NCBI RefSeq assembly: GCF_006345805.1
Contig: NC_042998.1
Coordinates: 67,828,001 to 67,892,000 of the forward strand
Origin: Octopus sinensis
Taxonomy: Eukaryota
Length of the DNA stretch: 64,000 nucleotides
Reading direction: 5' to 3'
Of this stretch, positions 38,700 through 52,080 are shown piece by piece (positions within the stretch are counted from its first letter, which is position 1; the number at the start of each line of letters is the position of its first letter). Position numbers and translations under genes: made by a program. The notes beneath the pieces were generated by a model, which had not been told where the DNA came from, did no database searches, and saw only the letters and a list, made by a program, of their open reading frames with translations.

Positions 38700-39830
38700 A
38701 TTTAATTTTGGAGGGAGAAGTTTAATCGATACCTTTGTCCCCAGAATTTCATTGGTACTTTATTTTGTCGACCCTGAAAATAAAATGCAAGGTAGCTTTT
38801 CATGGGATTCGAACCCAGGATATATAAAGAGCCCGAATAAATATGGAAATTCTCTCTAAAGTCACTGCCAGTCAACCACTATGAAACTGTATCGGATAAC
38901 GACAGATTATGTACAGAGAAATTGTCGTTAAGGAATTCAGAAAATTCTTTGAAACTTAAGTGCAACGTCAAAAATTTTGAGAGAAATGAGTTAGCCAGTT
39001 ACATCGCTTTCAGTACTGGATTGGTATTTCATTTAACTGTCGTCGGAAGATGAAAGGCGAGGTTAACTACGGTGTGATTTGAACTTAGAACGTAAAGAGC
39101 CAGAACAGATGCAAGGTATTTTTTTGATGCTGTAGCGATTCTGCCTATTCATTTCTCTAAAGCTACCTCGAATAATCATTTATAATTTATGCACAGTGAC
39201 GGTATTATTTTGGGGGAAGGACTTAGTCGACACCATTAACGCCAGATGTTGGCTGGTGTTATATTTATCGATTCCCGGAGACGAAAAAAGGCGAAGTTGA
39301 CCTGGGTAAGATTTGAACTCCGAATGTAAAACAAGAAATGTTTTCCCACATTGTAACCATTGTTCTAGTTCATTACTCTGCGTTAAAAAATTCTTTCTTT
39401 TGGCATAAAACCAGCAACTCCCAGGGAAAGAAAAACGATCACTTCGACCCTAATCCTTCACAGATGCTTATTTTATCGACCCCTAAATTCGATTCACTGA
39501 CGTTAGGACTCGGAACGTAAAGCGCAAAAGAAATGCCTGTAAGCATTATGTCCGACGCAGAAACTATTCTGCCAGCTCGTCGACCTAGCGGCCTTAGATG
39601 CTGATTTCAAATTTCGGCACAAGACCACCGATTTTGGGAGAGGGAGTAAGTCGACTAAATCGACCCAGTACTAAACTAGTACTTAATTTCTTGACTCCGA
39701 AAGGAATGAAAGGCAAAGTCGACCTCGGTAAAATATGAACACAGAAAATAAGAGGACGAAATGCCTCTTAGCATTTTCCCCGGTTTGCTCACGTATCTAC
39801 CAGCTGGTCGCCTTCTCGCCGCCTTAAATA
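38700..39830 (-). mobile_element. Cluster of about five degenerate family-O SINE copies in the same orientation
   Basis: Recurring ggtact..ttt.tcgacc..gaa..gatgaaaggc.aagt.gacc..gg...atttgaact..gaacgtaa blocks at about 38750, 39020, 39260, 39470 and 39680. Confidence 0.75.
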
Positions 39831-40158
39831 ATAACAAACAACGCATCTCTGCTGTCCAGTAACTGAATCCAGTGATAAAATGTATGTACAAAGGTATATA
39901 TTTAAATGAATGAATATATTTAAATGAATAAGCATATCGTACAAAACCAACTCTTTTCGGTACGACGTGTTTATTTATTTTAGAAGTTTTGACTTTAAGA
40001 GTTCCTCCTAGCGTGTGGCATTTATGTGTAACAATGCCCTCTTTATAATATAAATAAATATATTTAAGGGGAAAAAAATTGATGGCTTTTTCTTTTATGA
40101 GGTTTTTCACGCTAACTCCTTGATAAATTCTTATGAAGAGTTTATCCTATTTTTAGAT

Positions 40159-40189
<31 letters not shown>

Positions 40190-40194
<5 letters not shown>

Positions 40195-40362
40195 CAATTA
40201 AGGAACGGCCATAATAGGCCATTCACCCACTAGAAATAACAGCCAAAGCTTCTACCGCAAATAAAGATTAATTCCGTAAATTAATCTTTATTTGCGGTAG
40301 AAGCTTTGGCTGTTATTTCTAGTGGGTGAATGGCCTATTATGGCCGTTCCTTAATTGTTAAT
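40190..40362. repeat. Perfect 84-bp inverted repeat with 5-nt loop
   Basis: 40190-40273 is the exact reverse complement of 40279-40362; loop ccgta. Confidence 0.95.
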
Positions 40363-43300
40363 GTTGAACTTAAAAATGGTCTATGACTATTTAATTTTTT
40401 CCTACTGGGCCGCTGGTGGCAATAAAATTCTACAAAATTTTCCTTGCCACCCTATATTGATTAAATATATATATATATATATATAAGTGTGTATGTATAT
40501 ACACAGGCATACGCGTATTTCCTAGTGTGTATGTGCAAATTATATACTGTATTTTTTATCACGTTCAATTTTTTAAAGACGATAATGTGTGCTTCGAATG
40601 CGTTTTTGACTACTATTTCTAGATGGGTATTGAGCTTTGTGAATCACTTAACTAATGAAATATCAGTTGTGTCCCTGGTACAACTATATCTCTTAAAAGT
40701 TGTGAAGTAATTTTTTACTATTATATTTAACATAGAATTTTAAGAGGAAGAGTATTTTTTGAAAATGTATTTTCTTAGAATTCACAAACGTAACTCTAAA
40801 AAATAAAATGATTTAAGACGATTCCAATATATTGCCGGCAATCCGTTTTCGAAGTTTTCTTTCAATGATTTTTATTTTGTATAGTTTTAAAATTTTTATG
40901 AAATATTTATGCAATCCAAATCTAATTCATATTTCTATTTCTTTGTTTCTATGCAGTTGATATCTTAAAGGCAGGAGGGCGGAAGGGTGTCGTAGGGGGA
41001 GTTAATCAACTTTTCGTTTTGATTGCATGCTGAATCTATTTTAATTTCCCCATCGGAAATTAATCTCTATTTCTAATATTTGTTCCTTTGGGTGCGATAG
41101 AATTATGAATTATTTCGAGGTGCCTGTGTTTAAATTTGGCCTCACCGTTAAGATTGAAGATTTGTCAAATCTCAAGCTTACAGTTGAGCCTGTGGCTAAG
41201 ACATTTAAATTTCAATGATCTAATCTACAGAATGGTAAATCTAGTGCAGGAACCATTTCTATACATTAGTAGCATTCTAAGATTCTCGATTATTTATTTG
41301 CATTGCTAAGTTCAGTTCAACCTCTTGTCGATATGATCAGAGGAGGATTAAGGTCGCACTGATCAAATCTAGAAGTCAATGAAGCTGACTGATTATTGAT
41401 GAAATCCAACGATCGATATTAATCATATATTCATTATATTCTGTCAGACGAATCACATCAATTAAATATATTAGAAACATGATTACATCAGGCTGAATTC
41501 TAATTTCTGAACAGAATTTTAACAAATACATTTAAAAATGTTTTCAAAGGATCAGATAATTAAAAGAAAAACAATAGGAATTACAGTTTTTTCGCTAACA
41601 GCTCCAAGCCATTTTCAATTTATCAGTCTCATGATCAAAATATGCTAGCAACATTTCATTGTGTTCTTTTTTTATACATAGTACGTGTTCTTCAGTTGAT
41701 AATGTTTGTGGTGGAATGAGAGGGAACTGTCACCGGAATAACTAGAAGTTCTGGCTTTTCATATATTCGTATTATCTGATGTGTTACTATGTCAACCAGT
41801 CTTGAAATTGAATGCGTATGCTGGCTTGTACTGCCGTGTCTATTGAGAAGAAATTTAATCCTTTATGACCGTGTCAATGTGAAAACATCGACTATCTTTA
41901 AATCCACATAACAATAGAAACATGACGCAACAATGGAACAGTTATTTGTTCCACCTGCAAGAAATATCAAGCAATGTTAATTGTTCCTCCTGCAAGAAAT
42001 ATCAGGCAGTTATCTCACAAATTACACTGATGATTTCAATAAAAGAATAGACCCATTATATAATGTAGTTGTACACAAATCTTTATAGAAAGGCTGATTA
42101 GGGATGAAATACCGTAATCTAACATCACGATCGGTGTTGACTTGAGTTTAGCCAACAACAATAACAAGAACAAGTCCCCTAAATTCCATAAGTATCACAA
42201 CAACAAAAATTCCACTATTTACAAAAACAGTTTTATTTAATTGTCGTTAAATTTGGCAACAGGCACTGATATAGACAAAGATGGAGGTGCTCGGTTCTTA
42301 TAAATATTTACCATTGTGATAATGTAACAAATCTTGATACGAATACAAACTTACAAGTTGAATTACTGGCGTAGATATTAATTTGCGAGACAAGACATTT
42401 CACTTCATCTCACCTACGTTACCATTGTCTCTAAAAGAGGAGTGAAATCCAGAATTATCCACCCATTTGATATCAACTTGCCTGGAACAATCTTTCACTC
42501 TATGATAAAAATTATCAATTTAAACATGATCTAAATTGAAATCTTTCAAACTTTCGCGTTAATTTGCGTTTCAAACACCTGTTTCCTAGTGGTAAAGTTA
42601 AGTTACTAAGTACTTCATTATTTTCAAATCTAATTGTAACTGAGACAGCGTTATTTCTGCAGGAATATTGTAGCAAAATTTTTAAAACATACGGTGTTTA
42701 TAATTAGTCCAAAACAAAAACAATATTACTAAATTCTTGTTGTTGCTTTCGTTTAGCCATAGTTCAATTCTTCGCAAACAAACTTGTAATCAAATGTATT
42801 CTAACCGTGAACATCCCGTTAAGACAGCATAGCGTAATTTCAGAGAGGTTTAAGTATTATATTCAGCAGTTTGAATGACCACATTGCGGTCTTCTTCATT
42901 TGCTTATCCTCCTAGAATGTGATGCTGACTACGAATCTTATAAATCCAGCTATTATTAAGACATCACCTCGCAGTCCTGATGCAGCTAATTCTGTCAATT
43001 AAGCGCCAAAGTGGCAGATGTATTAATAATTGATGAAGGAGGATTAATTTCCGATGTAGAAATCGTGGCATTTAAAAACAATGTGAACATGCATTATTAA
43101 TTAGTTTTTCTAATATCTTATTAGTGTGTAATTATACAAAAAATGAAGTGATAAAATGCAACGACAGCATTTTATTTTTCAATAATTAAAGTGAAGGGTG
43201 CTAAACTGTGTGTGGTAAATCATTAACATAATTTGCCAAGCCATACACTACAAAGCTCCTTATATCGTCAAACATTCTTTTTGCATCAGACTAACGGGGA

Positions 43301-43779
43301 AATCGTTATTGCCGCTATAAGGAATGGACTAGCATGGGCTTTATTATTTTGTGAATGACCTGCATCGGTCACAGCATTTACTTATAACATGGGCTTTTTA
43401 AAATAGTATCTTCTTAAGAGAGAAGTAAACTGCTTCTATTAATTTCAATATCTTGGTAACGAAGAAAGTGAAGTCCCCATGACATTTTTAAATTCTCAGG
43501 AAGACCGGTGCTATTGACAAGGCTCATGATCAGTTTGGTCTTCTACGAAGGGGAATCTACAGGGAAAATTGAGATGTCAAAGAATTTTAAGCAAGAGTCT
43601 TTATAGCGATGATGGAATAGCCGTAGTCATGTTGGGAACTCTGCTACTGAAAACATCTAACTTGAAGAATTCTATCATATTGATGATAGCTAAGATTTTC
43701 TCTATACCATTAAAAAGAACACTAATAGTAATGAGGCTGCCTCTTATAATTGGTACTCAGTTTGTTGCCACGACGGGAG

Positions 43780-44050
43780 TTCCAGTTGTTCCAACTTGCT
43801 AGTGAAATTAACGTGCAAATGGCCGGACATTCCACAGACATGCGCATCCTTCACATAGTTCTCAGGAAGATTCAGCATGACACAGAATGTGACATGGTTG
43901 TCTTTTTGAAATACAGGTAATACACATTTTTGCCAGATGAATGGACTGCAGAAACGAGAAGTAAAGTGTTTTGCTCAAGAACACAATGTGCTGCTCGAAA
44001 TTGAAATCACGACCTTGCGATCGTGAGCCGTATACCCGAATTATCAAGTG
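43780..44050 (-). mobile_element. SINE family B
   Basis: gaaattaacgtgcaa.tgg..cacagac..gattcagcatgacacaga..tttgaaatacagg..gtgttttgctcaagaacacaa; matches 44990-45352. Confidence 0.8.
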
Positions 44051-44323
44051 AAGCGACTTCACCCTTTATGTAATTAAATACAGACATACATGCTAAATTT
44101 AATACTACATTATGTTTCATTGGAGACAATCTGAATGTTATAGCGCCATTGCAGCATAAGGACACCAAATCAGAACTAACGTCATATTATTAGTGATCGG
44201 TATTGCAATGGTGCTGAATGGTACCAACGATATTGGTAATACTGTTATTGCCGTCATTCTTGTACTATTGCTATTGTCAGAGGTTCTGTTGACAGTAAAA
44301 CATACAGTAATGCTACTACGACC

Positions 44324-44384
44324 ATCAACAGCAGCAGCAGCAGCAGTAGCAGCAGCAGTAGCAGCAGCAGCAGTAGTAGTAGTC

Positions 44385-44417
<33 letters not shown>

Positions 44418-44473
44418 TCAGCAGCAGCAGTAGTAGTAGTAATAGTAGTAGTAGTATCATCATCAGCAGCAGC

Positions 44474-44517
<44 letters not shown>

Positions 44518-44613
44518 CAGTAGTAGTAGTATCGGCCGCAGCAGTGGCGGTAGTAGAATCAGCAGTGGCAGCAGCAACAGCAGCAGTAGTAGTAGTTGTA
44601 GTAGTAGTAGTAA

Positions 44614-44648
<35 letters not shown>

Positions 44649-44781
44649 TCATCATCAGCAGTAGTAGTAGTAGTAGTAGTAGTATCGTAGTATCATCCTC
44701 ATCAGTAGTAGTAGTAATAGTAGTAATAGTATGAGCCGCAGCAGTAGTGGTAGTAGTATCAGCAGTGGCAGCAGCAGCAGC
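44324..44781. repeat. Compound (GCA)/(GTA)/(TCA) trinucleotide array
   Basis: Direct reading; explains the poly-V/A and poly-L ORFs. Confidence 0.95.
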
Positions 44782-44989
44782 TTCAAAGCTTCAGAATTTC
44801 TTTCAAAGAAAAGATAATTTTCTTGATCGTATCGAAATGTGATGTTTATGTGTTTTGCTTCCTTGAATGTTTTATTTGTTGTAGTTATTTTATTGCTCCA
44901 AATATACCGTTTCCGAAGAGGCATCTGACCAAAGACGAGCCAACCATAACCATCCCTTCTTATTTCATTGACAGTTTGAGTGTATGAGT

Positions 44990-45352
44990 GCGTGTGCGTG
45001 CCTCTGTGTGCACGTGTATGTATATGGTACTACAAAGGAGCACTCCGTCGGTTACGACGGCGAGGGTCCCAGTTGATCCGATCAACGGAACGGCTTGCTC
45101 ATGAAATTAACGTGCAAGTGGCTGAGGACTCCGGAGACACGTGTACCCCTAAAGTAGTTCTCAAGGAGATTCAGCGTGACACAGAGTGTGACATATCTGG
45201 CCCCTTTGAAATACCGGTATAACTCATTTTTGCCAGCTGAGTGTTCTGGAGCAACGTGAAATAAAGTGTCTTGCCCAAAGACACAACGCGTTGCCGGAAA
45301 TTGAACTCACGACCTTACATTCGTGAGTTGAATGCCCTAACCACTAAGCCAC
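44990..45352 (-). mobile_element. SINE family B, long copy
   Basis: tRNA-like head (ggtggcttagtggttagggcattc..gagttcaatttcc) and body matching the reverse complement of 50785-51090. Confidence 0.85.
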
Positions 45353-45386
45353 CAGCCCGAATAAATATATTAGTGCTTCAATAATA

Positions 45387-45627
45387 TAAAGGGTGTTCAA
45401 GAAGTCTCTCCGGCGTGAATTTTGTTCATCCTGCGCATCACCTTGGCGTTACTTCAAGAGTTTTTCGGTGAGCGGATTTATTTCGAAGAGACTTTGGCCA
45501 CAAAGATCACCTGATTTAACACCGCCAGACATTCTCTTCTTCTGGGGAGCAAGTAAAGGATCAGTGTACAAGAATTACCCGAAAACCATTAACTACTAAC
45601 TGCGTGAGACTTTTTGAACATCCTGTA
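45387..45627 (+). mobile_element. Internally deleted Tc1/mariner element with TIRs and TA TSD
   Basis: Left TA-aagggtgttcaagaagtctc, right gagactttttgaacatcctg-TA; internal LWPQRSPDLTPPD..FFWG..KGSVY. Confidence 0.88.
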
Positions 45628-46181
45628 TAATAATATTCTTACATTGAAAATGATCATTTTTGTTGTTGTTGCTGATGTTGTTGTTGTTTTTGTTCTTGTT
45701 CTTGTTTCCGATTCCGTTCCTGTGAGTATTGTAAACATTTTAAGCCAACAGGCAGCAACATTTTAATAACTTCAATATGTTCAACGAAGGATACTATTTA
45801 TGGCGATTTTATAGTTTTATTATCAGCTTGCGTATACAGTCACTCATTAGTGCATTGAATAAATGCACAATAATCGATTTTAGTTAAATCTCTCGTGTGA
45901 TTTAGCACAGTAGCAGTATGCTTAACAACAGCGACGACGACGATGATGACGACGTCGACGCTGATGATAATCATGAGGATGATGATGATGATGATGATGA
46001 TACTGAAGACACGAAATGACATCTTTTAAATATATTTACGGTAGTTGAACAATAGTGACCCAAATTTCAACTCAGTCACGCATTTACAATCAATAGATTC
46101 TTTCAATGTGGTAGCGTGCAGTATATATTCTTATAAAATTGCAAGAAGCTACACACAGAAATAGATGAAAACATAAGTGAA

Positions 46182-46212
<31 letters not shown>

Positions 46213-46991
46213 ATAGATAAATAAATAAAAAGCATCCACAGTGAATTCCAAAGTAATTTACACTTTTATATTCCCTTACGGCTGTTGTTAGCGCCATAAT
46301 CTAACTTAGATGATGACAGTTTGTTTTTCGTTTGAGCTGTTCATTACAAATGAAATGTTAACGCATTTGTCCTTGATTTTTATTGATTTTTATATTTGTG
46401 ACTTGTAGTTGTGTAGTTTTTGACAAATATATAATGACACATTTGAACACAAATAAATAAATATGCTGTGAAATAAAAACAGAATCCTTTGAAACGCAGA
46501 TTCTCTACGAAAACATTTAAGAAAACTGTTTTAAGTTACATGTATAAAAGAAATAACAACAAAGGAGAATAACGTTAGAATACATGATACAATACTTTTG
46601 AAATTAACGAAACTTATTGTTTGTAGTTTGAAGGAAAAGTTTTAGCTAAAAAATTTGGAATATGTTTTTTCAATTAGAAGAAACATCAAAAGATATATGT
46701 ACACGTATGAAATTGCAGGATCTGTAGAAGAGAAAGAAGATAGAAACCATTAAGTAGCTCCATCGATTCAATATTCACTTTTATGCTAATGTTGTTTCAA
46801 TTTTGGCAAAGCAATTGGTAGAAAATATTTGCACAGGGATGGATGTGAAGTTAGATCGTACGCCTTAAACCAAACAGCTTCGGTCTCGATTCCTTGCGAA
46901 ACAACCATCTTAGTTTTGTAAAATGTCACGCGTTTAGCAATATTTTGTGAGAAGAAAATTTGCTAGAAAGAAGCAGTATGGAAATTTACTG

Positions 46992-46992
46992 T

Positions 46993-47062
<70 letters not shown>
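46992..47062. repeat. (GATA)n microsatellite
   Basis: Direct reading of the sequence. Confidence 0.97.
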
Positions 47063-47064
<2 letters not shown>

Positions 47065-47367
47065 CTTTCTTTATGGCCACACAAGGCTGAAAAAAAAAAG
47101 AGGGAAGTGATACAAATGTAGACAATTTAGTTTCGTTAATTTCCGGGCCCAAGTTATTTCCTGCAGTTGATTCCCAAAAAAGAGCGAAATACTGTTATCC
47201 ACGACTATCAATGATTTTGAGAACTTTATCCTGTGGAACTGCGTAAAAGGATGATATAGAAATATACACATGTTCTTCACTGTTTAATGTAATACAGATG
47301 TAAATTATTTTACATGCTAAATGCTTCAAGTGATAAGTGATTCTCTCCTCATCGATAACAGCTGTTT

Positions 47368-47426
<59 letters not shown>

Positions 47427-47845
47427 AGTTATTTCTTTTACTGATTACGTCACATTGTAATATATATCTTTAGCTACTAGAAGCAATGTGTCCGAATGTT
47501 CTGATAATACTTCAAGTGTATACATACATACATTCATACATACATACACACACATATGCATGTGTGTGTGTTAGTGTGTGTGTGTGTCAATATATGTGTA
47601 TAGGGAAGGAGAGAGAGATGAATTCTTAGTCTCGACCATTTTAGAGTTATCTATTTTATTTCATTCTCTAAACAAACATAATTATTAACTTTCGAAGTCG
47701 AGCATATTAAACCAAACTTCTACCAATAATAACATTTAAATTCATACAAATATTGATTGTACCGATTCTCGTTTCGATAAGTGTCTTAACCTTAAATATT
47801 ATTTGTGCACACTCAATCAATATTCAAATAGATAGATCTAGATCG

Positions 47846-47904
<59 letters not shown>

Positions 47905-48360
47905 AATAATACATTTTCTAAATATCTCAGAGAGATTTATGCAGTAGTGGTACGATAAAGTAGTTGTATGCTGTCACATTAAGTTGACAGTATACAACTA
48001 CTTTATATATATATATATATATATATAGAATAAAACTTATATATAAAGAACGTGAAATTCACGAATTGACAAACACGGAAAAACGGACAGTAATTCAGAG
48101 CCTTCATTCTTCAGTCAGAAACCGATTCATCATGGCAAATTTCGGCTGTTTAATTCTGAGATTTTCTCCGAAAGGGCCAGCCCCAAGGAAAAGCTAAGCT
48201 ATGGGCATTAGATTTGCTTGGTAGAAGGAAAGAATATGACAACAGAGACGAACAGGAAAACAAGAGACGAAGATAAAATTTACAGTAACGAATAAAAACA
48301 GGAATGATACGGGGGCATCATACGACTTTGAGACAAAAATGAGACAAAACAATTGATCAG

Positions 48361-48393
<33 letters not shown>

Positions 48394-48713
48394 GTTGGTT
48401 TGTATGATGGGTATTCTGCTGTATGATCAACACTGACTTAACTGCGCATCGAATTAGCCTGCAAGTGGATGTGTATTTTAGACACATGCGCCCTTATACA
48501 ATTCCTTATATATGCAAACTTCACCAATATCCGGCTATACTAAACCATACGCGTACATATGTATTTTGAAATACGAATAATGCAGCATATGTAACACGTA
48601 AACAGCGAGTGATTTTGCGAAAAACTAAGTATGCAAGCGTTAAGTATGAAGCGGGTATTGGTGAGGGTTGTTTCTCCATCTATAAAAGTTACAAATGTTT
48701 TTGCGATGAGGAT

Positions 48714-48897
48714 ACGTATTCACTTGTATATTCAACACTGAATTAACTTGTCGTTGAAGTATTCAGCAAGTGGCTATGCATTCCACGCACAAACACCTAC
48801 ACACACACATACACAAATATACACATACAAACATACACACACACATACAAACACACACACACACATACAAACACACACATACACACACACACACACT

Positions 48898-48905
<8 letters not shown>
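48714..48905 (+). repeat. Left arm of a recent inverted duplication
   Basis: 76 bp of unique sequence identical to the reverse complement of 51453-51528, followed by a shared compound CA microsatellite. Confidence 0.9.
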
Positions 48906-48959
<54 letters not shown>

Positions 48960-49309
48960 TAGAGTATAAGGGAGAGAGAGAGAAATTCGAAAGACAAATT
49001 TCAAACCAGTGAAGTAAGAAGCAAAATGCACAAAAATTGGACAAATTTCATGTCGTAATTAACCTAAATAAATATTACCGTAATTAAATATTTTAAATGA
49101 CTTGAGATACCTGCCCTTGTTTTTGTTGTCCTTTTCCCTCTTGTATCATATACACCTGCTAATTCCGAAGCCTAATAAGATCCCTAACTCCAGCCTCAGC
49201 CATGAACTTAGAACCTAACGGATGACCAATTATAGCACTTATTCGTTTTGTTCGCCAATGAACTAATCCCCCCAAATCCTATATATATATAATATAAATA
49301 TAAATATAA

Positions 49310-49340
<31 letters not shown>

Positions 49341-49380
49341 ATATATATATATATAATATATATATATACATAGTTAATCC

Positions 49381-49504
49381 AAACATGAAAACACAAAGAG
49401 AAAACACAACAACGCGAGGACGTGGAACAAATATAGTATTATTGGACGCTCAGGAAGGAAGGGAAGAAGGAGGGTTTTATGTTTCGATCGGAGCTCTTCG
49501 TCAG
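49381..49504 (-). mobile_element. TA-embedded short element with a minimal hammerhead motif (49474-49504)
   Basis: Minus strand CTGACGA-A-GAGC-tcc-GATC-GAAAC-ATA-aaac. Confidence 0.6.
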
Positions 49505-50301
49505 ATCTATATATACACACATATATATATATATAATATATATATATATAATATATATATATACATATATACATATATATATATATATGTGTGTGTGTGT
49601 ATGTGTATATATATATATGTATGTATGTGTATTCTCTCCTGGTGTACATGGTGTTAACCACAATTATATTTTAACTTGAATACTACCAGCATATGATCTG
49701 TCTTTTAATTAAGCCAGATGCATGATGTCACGACAGGGTTTAATTTCGCGGTGAGGGAGTTATAATTGTTTATGTTTTGAAATCGGTATAATACAGTATA
49801 TATACGTAAGCAACAAATGGCATTGTGAAAATAATTCATCATACTATTCGTCAAGTATTCAAAACTGAACCGGAAATTTTTGAGGGCTGCTTCTCTCTAT
49901 CCATAAAATTTACGAATCATTTTAACACTAATGTCCACTTACCGATCCAGGAAGTCGACATTTAATTGACATTATTTTATTTTGAATTTATTCTAATAAT
50001 GTTTTCTTTTATATGATGTCGATTTATATTTACTATGGCATTAAGAATATCGATGTTTTTACGAGGATAGATTTGGTAAACTTTCAGTAATTGAATATTA
50101 CTTCGTTAATGGGAACGTTAATGGGTGATGACAAAAAGACACACACACTTACACACACATACACACACTTACACATACTCACAGTGCATATGTATGTATA
50201 AATATATATATGGCAATATGAATATAGTTTCAGGCATTCGTGAATTGGTCTAGAATGCGTAGGCATATGTAAATAAATCTGTATAAATATGTGTATGTAT
50301 G

Positions 50302-50408
<107 letters not shown>

Positions 50409-50784
50409 ATATATATATACACACATTCGTGTCGCTAGTTGGATCTACGTATGACAGCAGCTGAGTGCTAATTGCTCGTACACAAATTATATTTACGCGT
50501 AGGATATATTAATACGGATCATAATCGATAATATCTCTGTTTTACTGGATTCATTGGTGGAAATTAATTCTAATTATTACTCGTGTTTACTGTTCATGCG
50601 CCGGGGAAGTTGAATATTATTCATTTGTGTATTAGTTGGCTTTTAGAATGAATTGCAAGAGAAGCTATGAATACTTAATTCTGTATATGACGTAGAGGCA
50701 CACGTGATATTAGGTCAAATACCTTTAAAATCAGAAACTTATAACGGTATTATTTACGGAGTTGATACATTAAAATAGGCACAC

Positions 50785-51090
50785 GGCTCATTAGTTAGTA
50801 ATATTCAACCCAGATTATCAGGTCGTAAATTCGAATTCCGGCAGCGTGTTGTGTTCTTAAGGGAAAATAACACTTCATTCTATGCTGATCCAGTACACTA
50901 AGCTGGCAAGAATGAGTAGGACCTGCATTTCAAACAGACAGCTTTGTGACTTGCTGTGCCGGGCTGAATCTTCCTGAGCACTACGTTAAGAGTACGTGTG
51001 TCCGTGGAGAGCTCAACGTTAATGTCAGGAGCAGGCTGTTCCGTTGAATGGATCAACTAGAACACTCGTCGTCATAACCAACGGAGAACC
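50785..51090 (+). mobile_element. SINE family B
   Basis: cacggctcattagttagta..ttcgaattccggcagcgtgttgtgttctt..cacttcatt..gctggcaagaatgagta. Confidence 0.8.
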
Positions 51091-51287
51091 AATTAATTCT
51101 TTACGAAAGAAGATTATCAAATTCGTATAATTACTAACTTCATAATACATTTGTTCTGTGAAAAGAATATATTTTAAACATGAATTTCACATTCTAGCTG
51201 AAGAGTAGGACTGATTTCTACGACGTCGTGCTGCCATTCTAAGGAAAATGGATTCGAACAAACATGCATGTAGTATATATATATATA

Positions 51288-51289
<2 letters not shown>

Positions 51290-51331
<42 letters not shown>

Positions 51332-51364
51332 TATGTGTGTGTGTATGTTTGTATGTGTATATTT

Positions 51365-51428
<64 letters not shown>

Positions 51429-51528
51429 TGTGTGTGTGTGTGTAGGTGTATGTGCGTGGAATGCATAGCCACTTGCTGAATACTTCAACGACAAGTTAAT
51501 TCAGTGTTGAATATACAAGTGAATACGT
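51290..51528 (-). repeat. Right arm of the recent inverted duplication
   Basis: Reverse complement of 48714-48905. Confidence 0.9.
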
Positions 51529-51934
51529 CCCGAAGCCATAGATAATGATTTGACCAAAAGTGCAACCTAGCGGAATGGAAACTGGGATTTCATGATTGTG
51601 AAGCAAGCAAACTTCTTAGTCATATTTCCTTATTATGTGTAGAGTAATATTCTACAGTATCATAAATATGTTTCATTCTTCCTTACACATTCTATGGCCA
51701 CGCGCTAAAGTAAGAGATCGTTATTTATGATTATAACACCTTTAAAGTAAAACGAAAGAAAGAAAGAAAGAAAGAATTCTGCCATTAATTGAACATAATT
51801 AATATAATTAAATATTTATGTAATATAAAATTGAACATCTAGAATATGAAGAGGAAGTAATCTGGATTCATCTTTCAGGAAACTTAATATTGTGTATGTG
51901 ATATTTATATTAAATTTTGACAGAAGGCAGATAA

Positions 51935-52080
51935 ATCGGGGGTAGGAGGTAACTGCTACTTATTTTATCGACGGCGAAGGACGGAAGGCAAAGTCAAACT
52001 CGGCGGAATTTGAACTCAGAACATAAATACGGAGGAAATGCCGCTAAGCATTTAGTCCGGAGATTCTGCCAGCTCACTGC
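51935..52080 (-). mobile_element. SINE family O fragment
   Basis: aaggcaaagtcaaactcggcggaatttgaactcagaac..ctgccagctc. Confidence 0.8.

Noticed and set aside
48020-48360. TA-flanked element with CTGAAGA..GGCTCTGAAT on the minus strand
   Set aside because: GAAA and stem II are not preserved, so it is not called a hammerhead, though it may be a distant relative.
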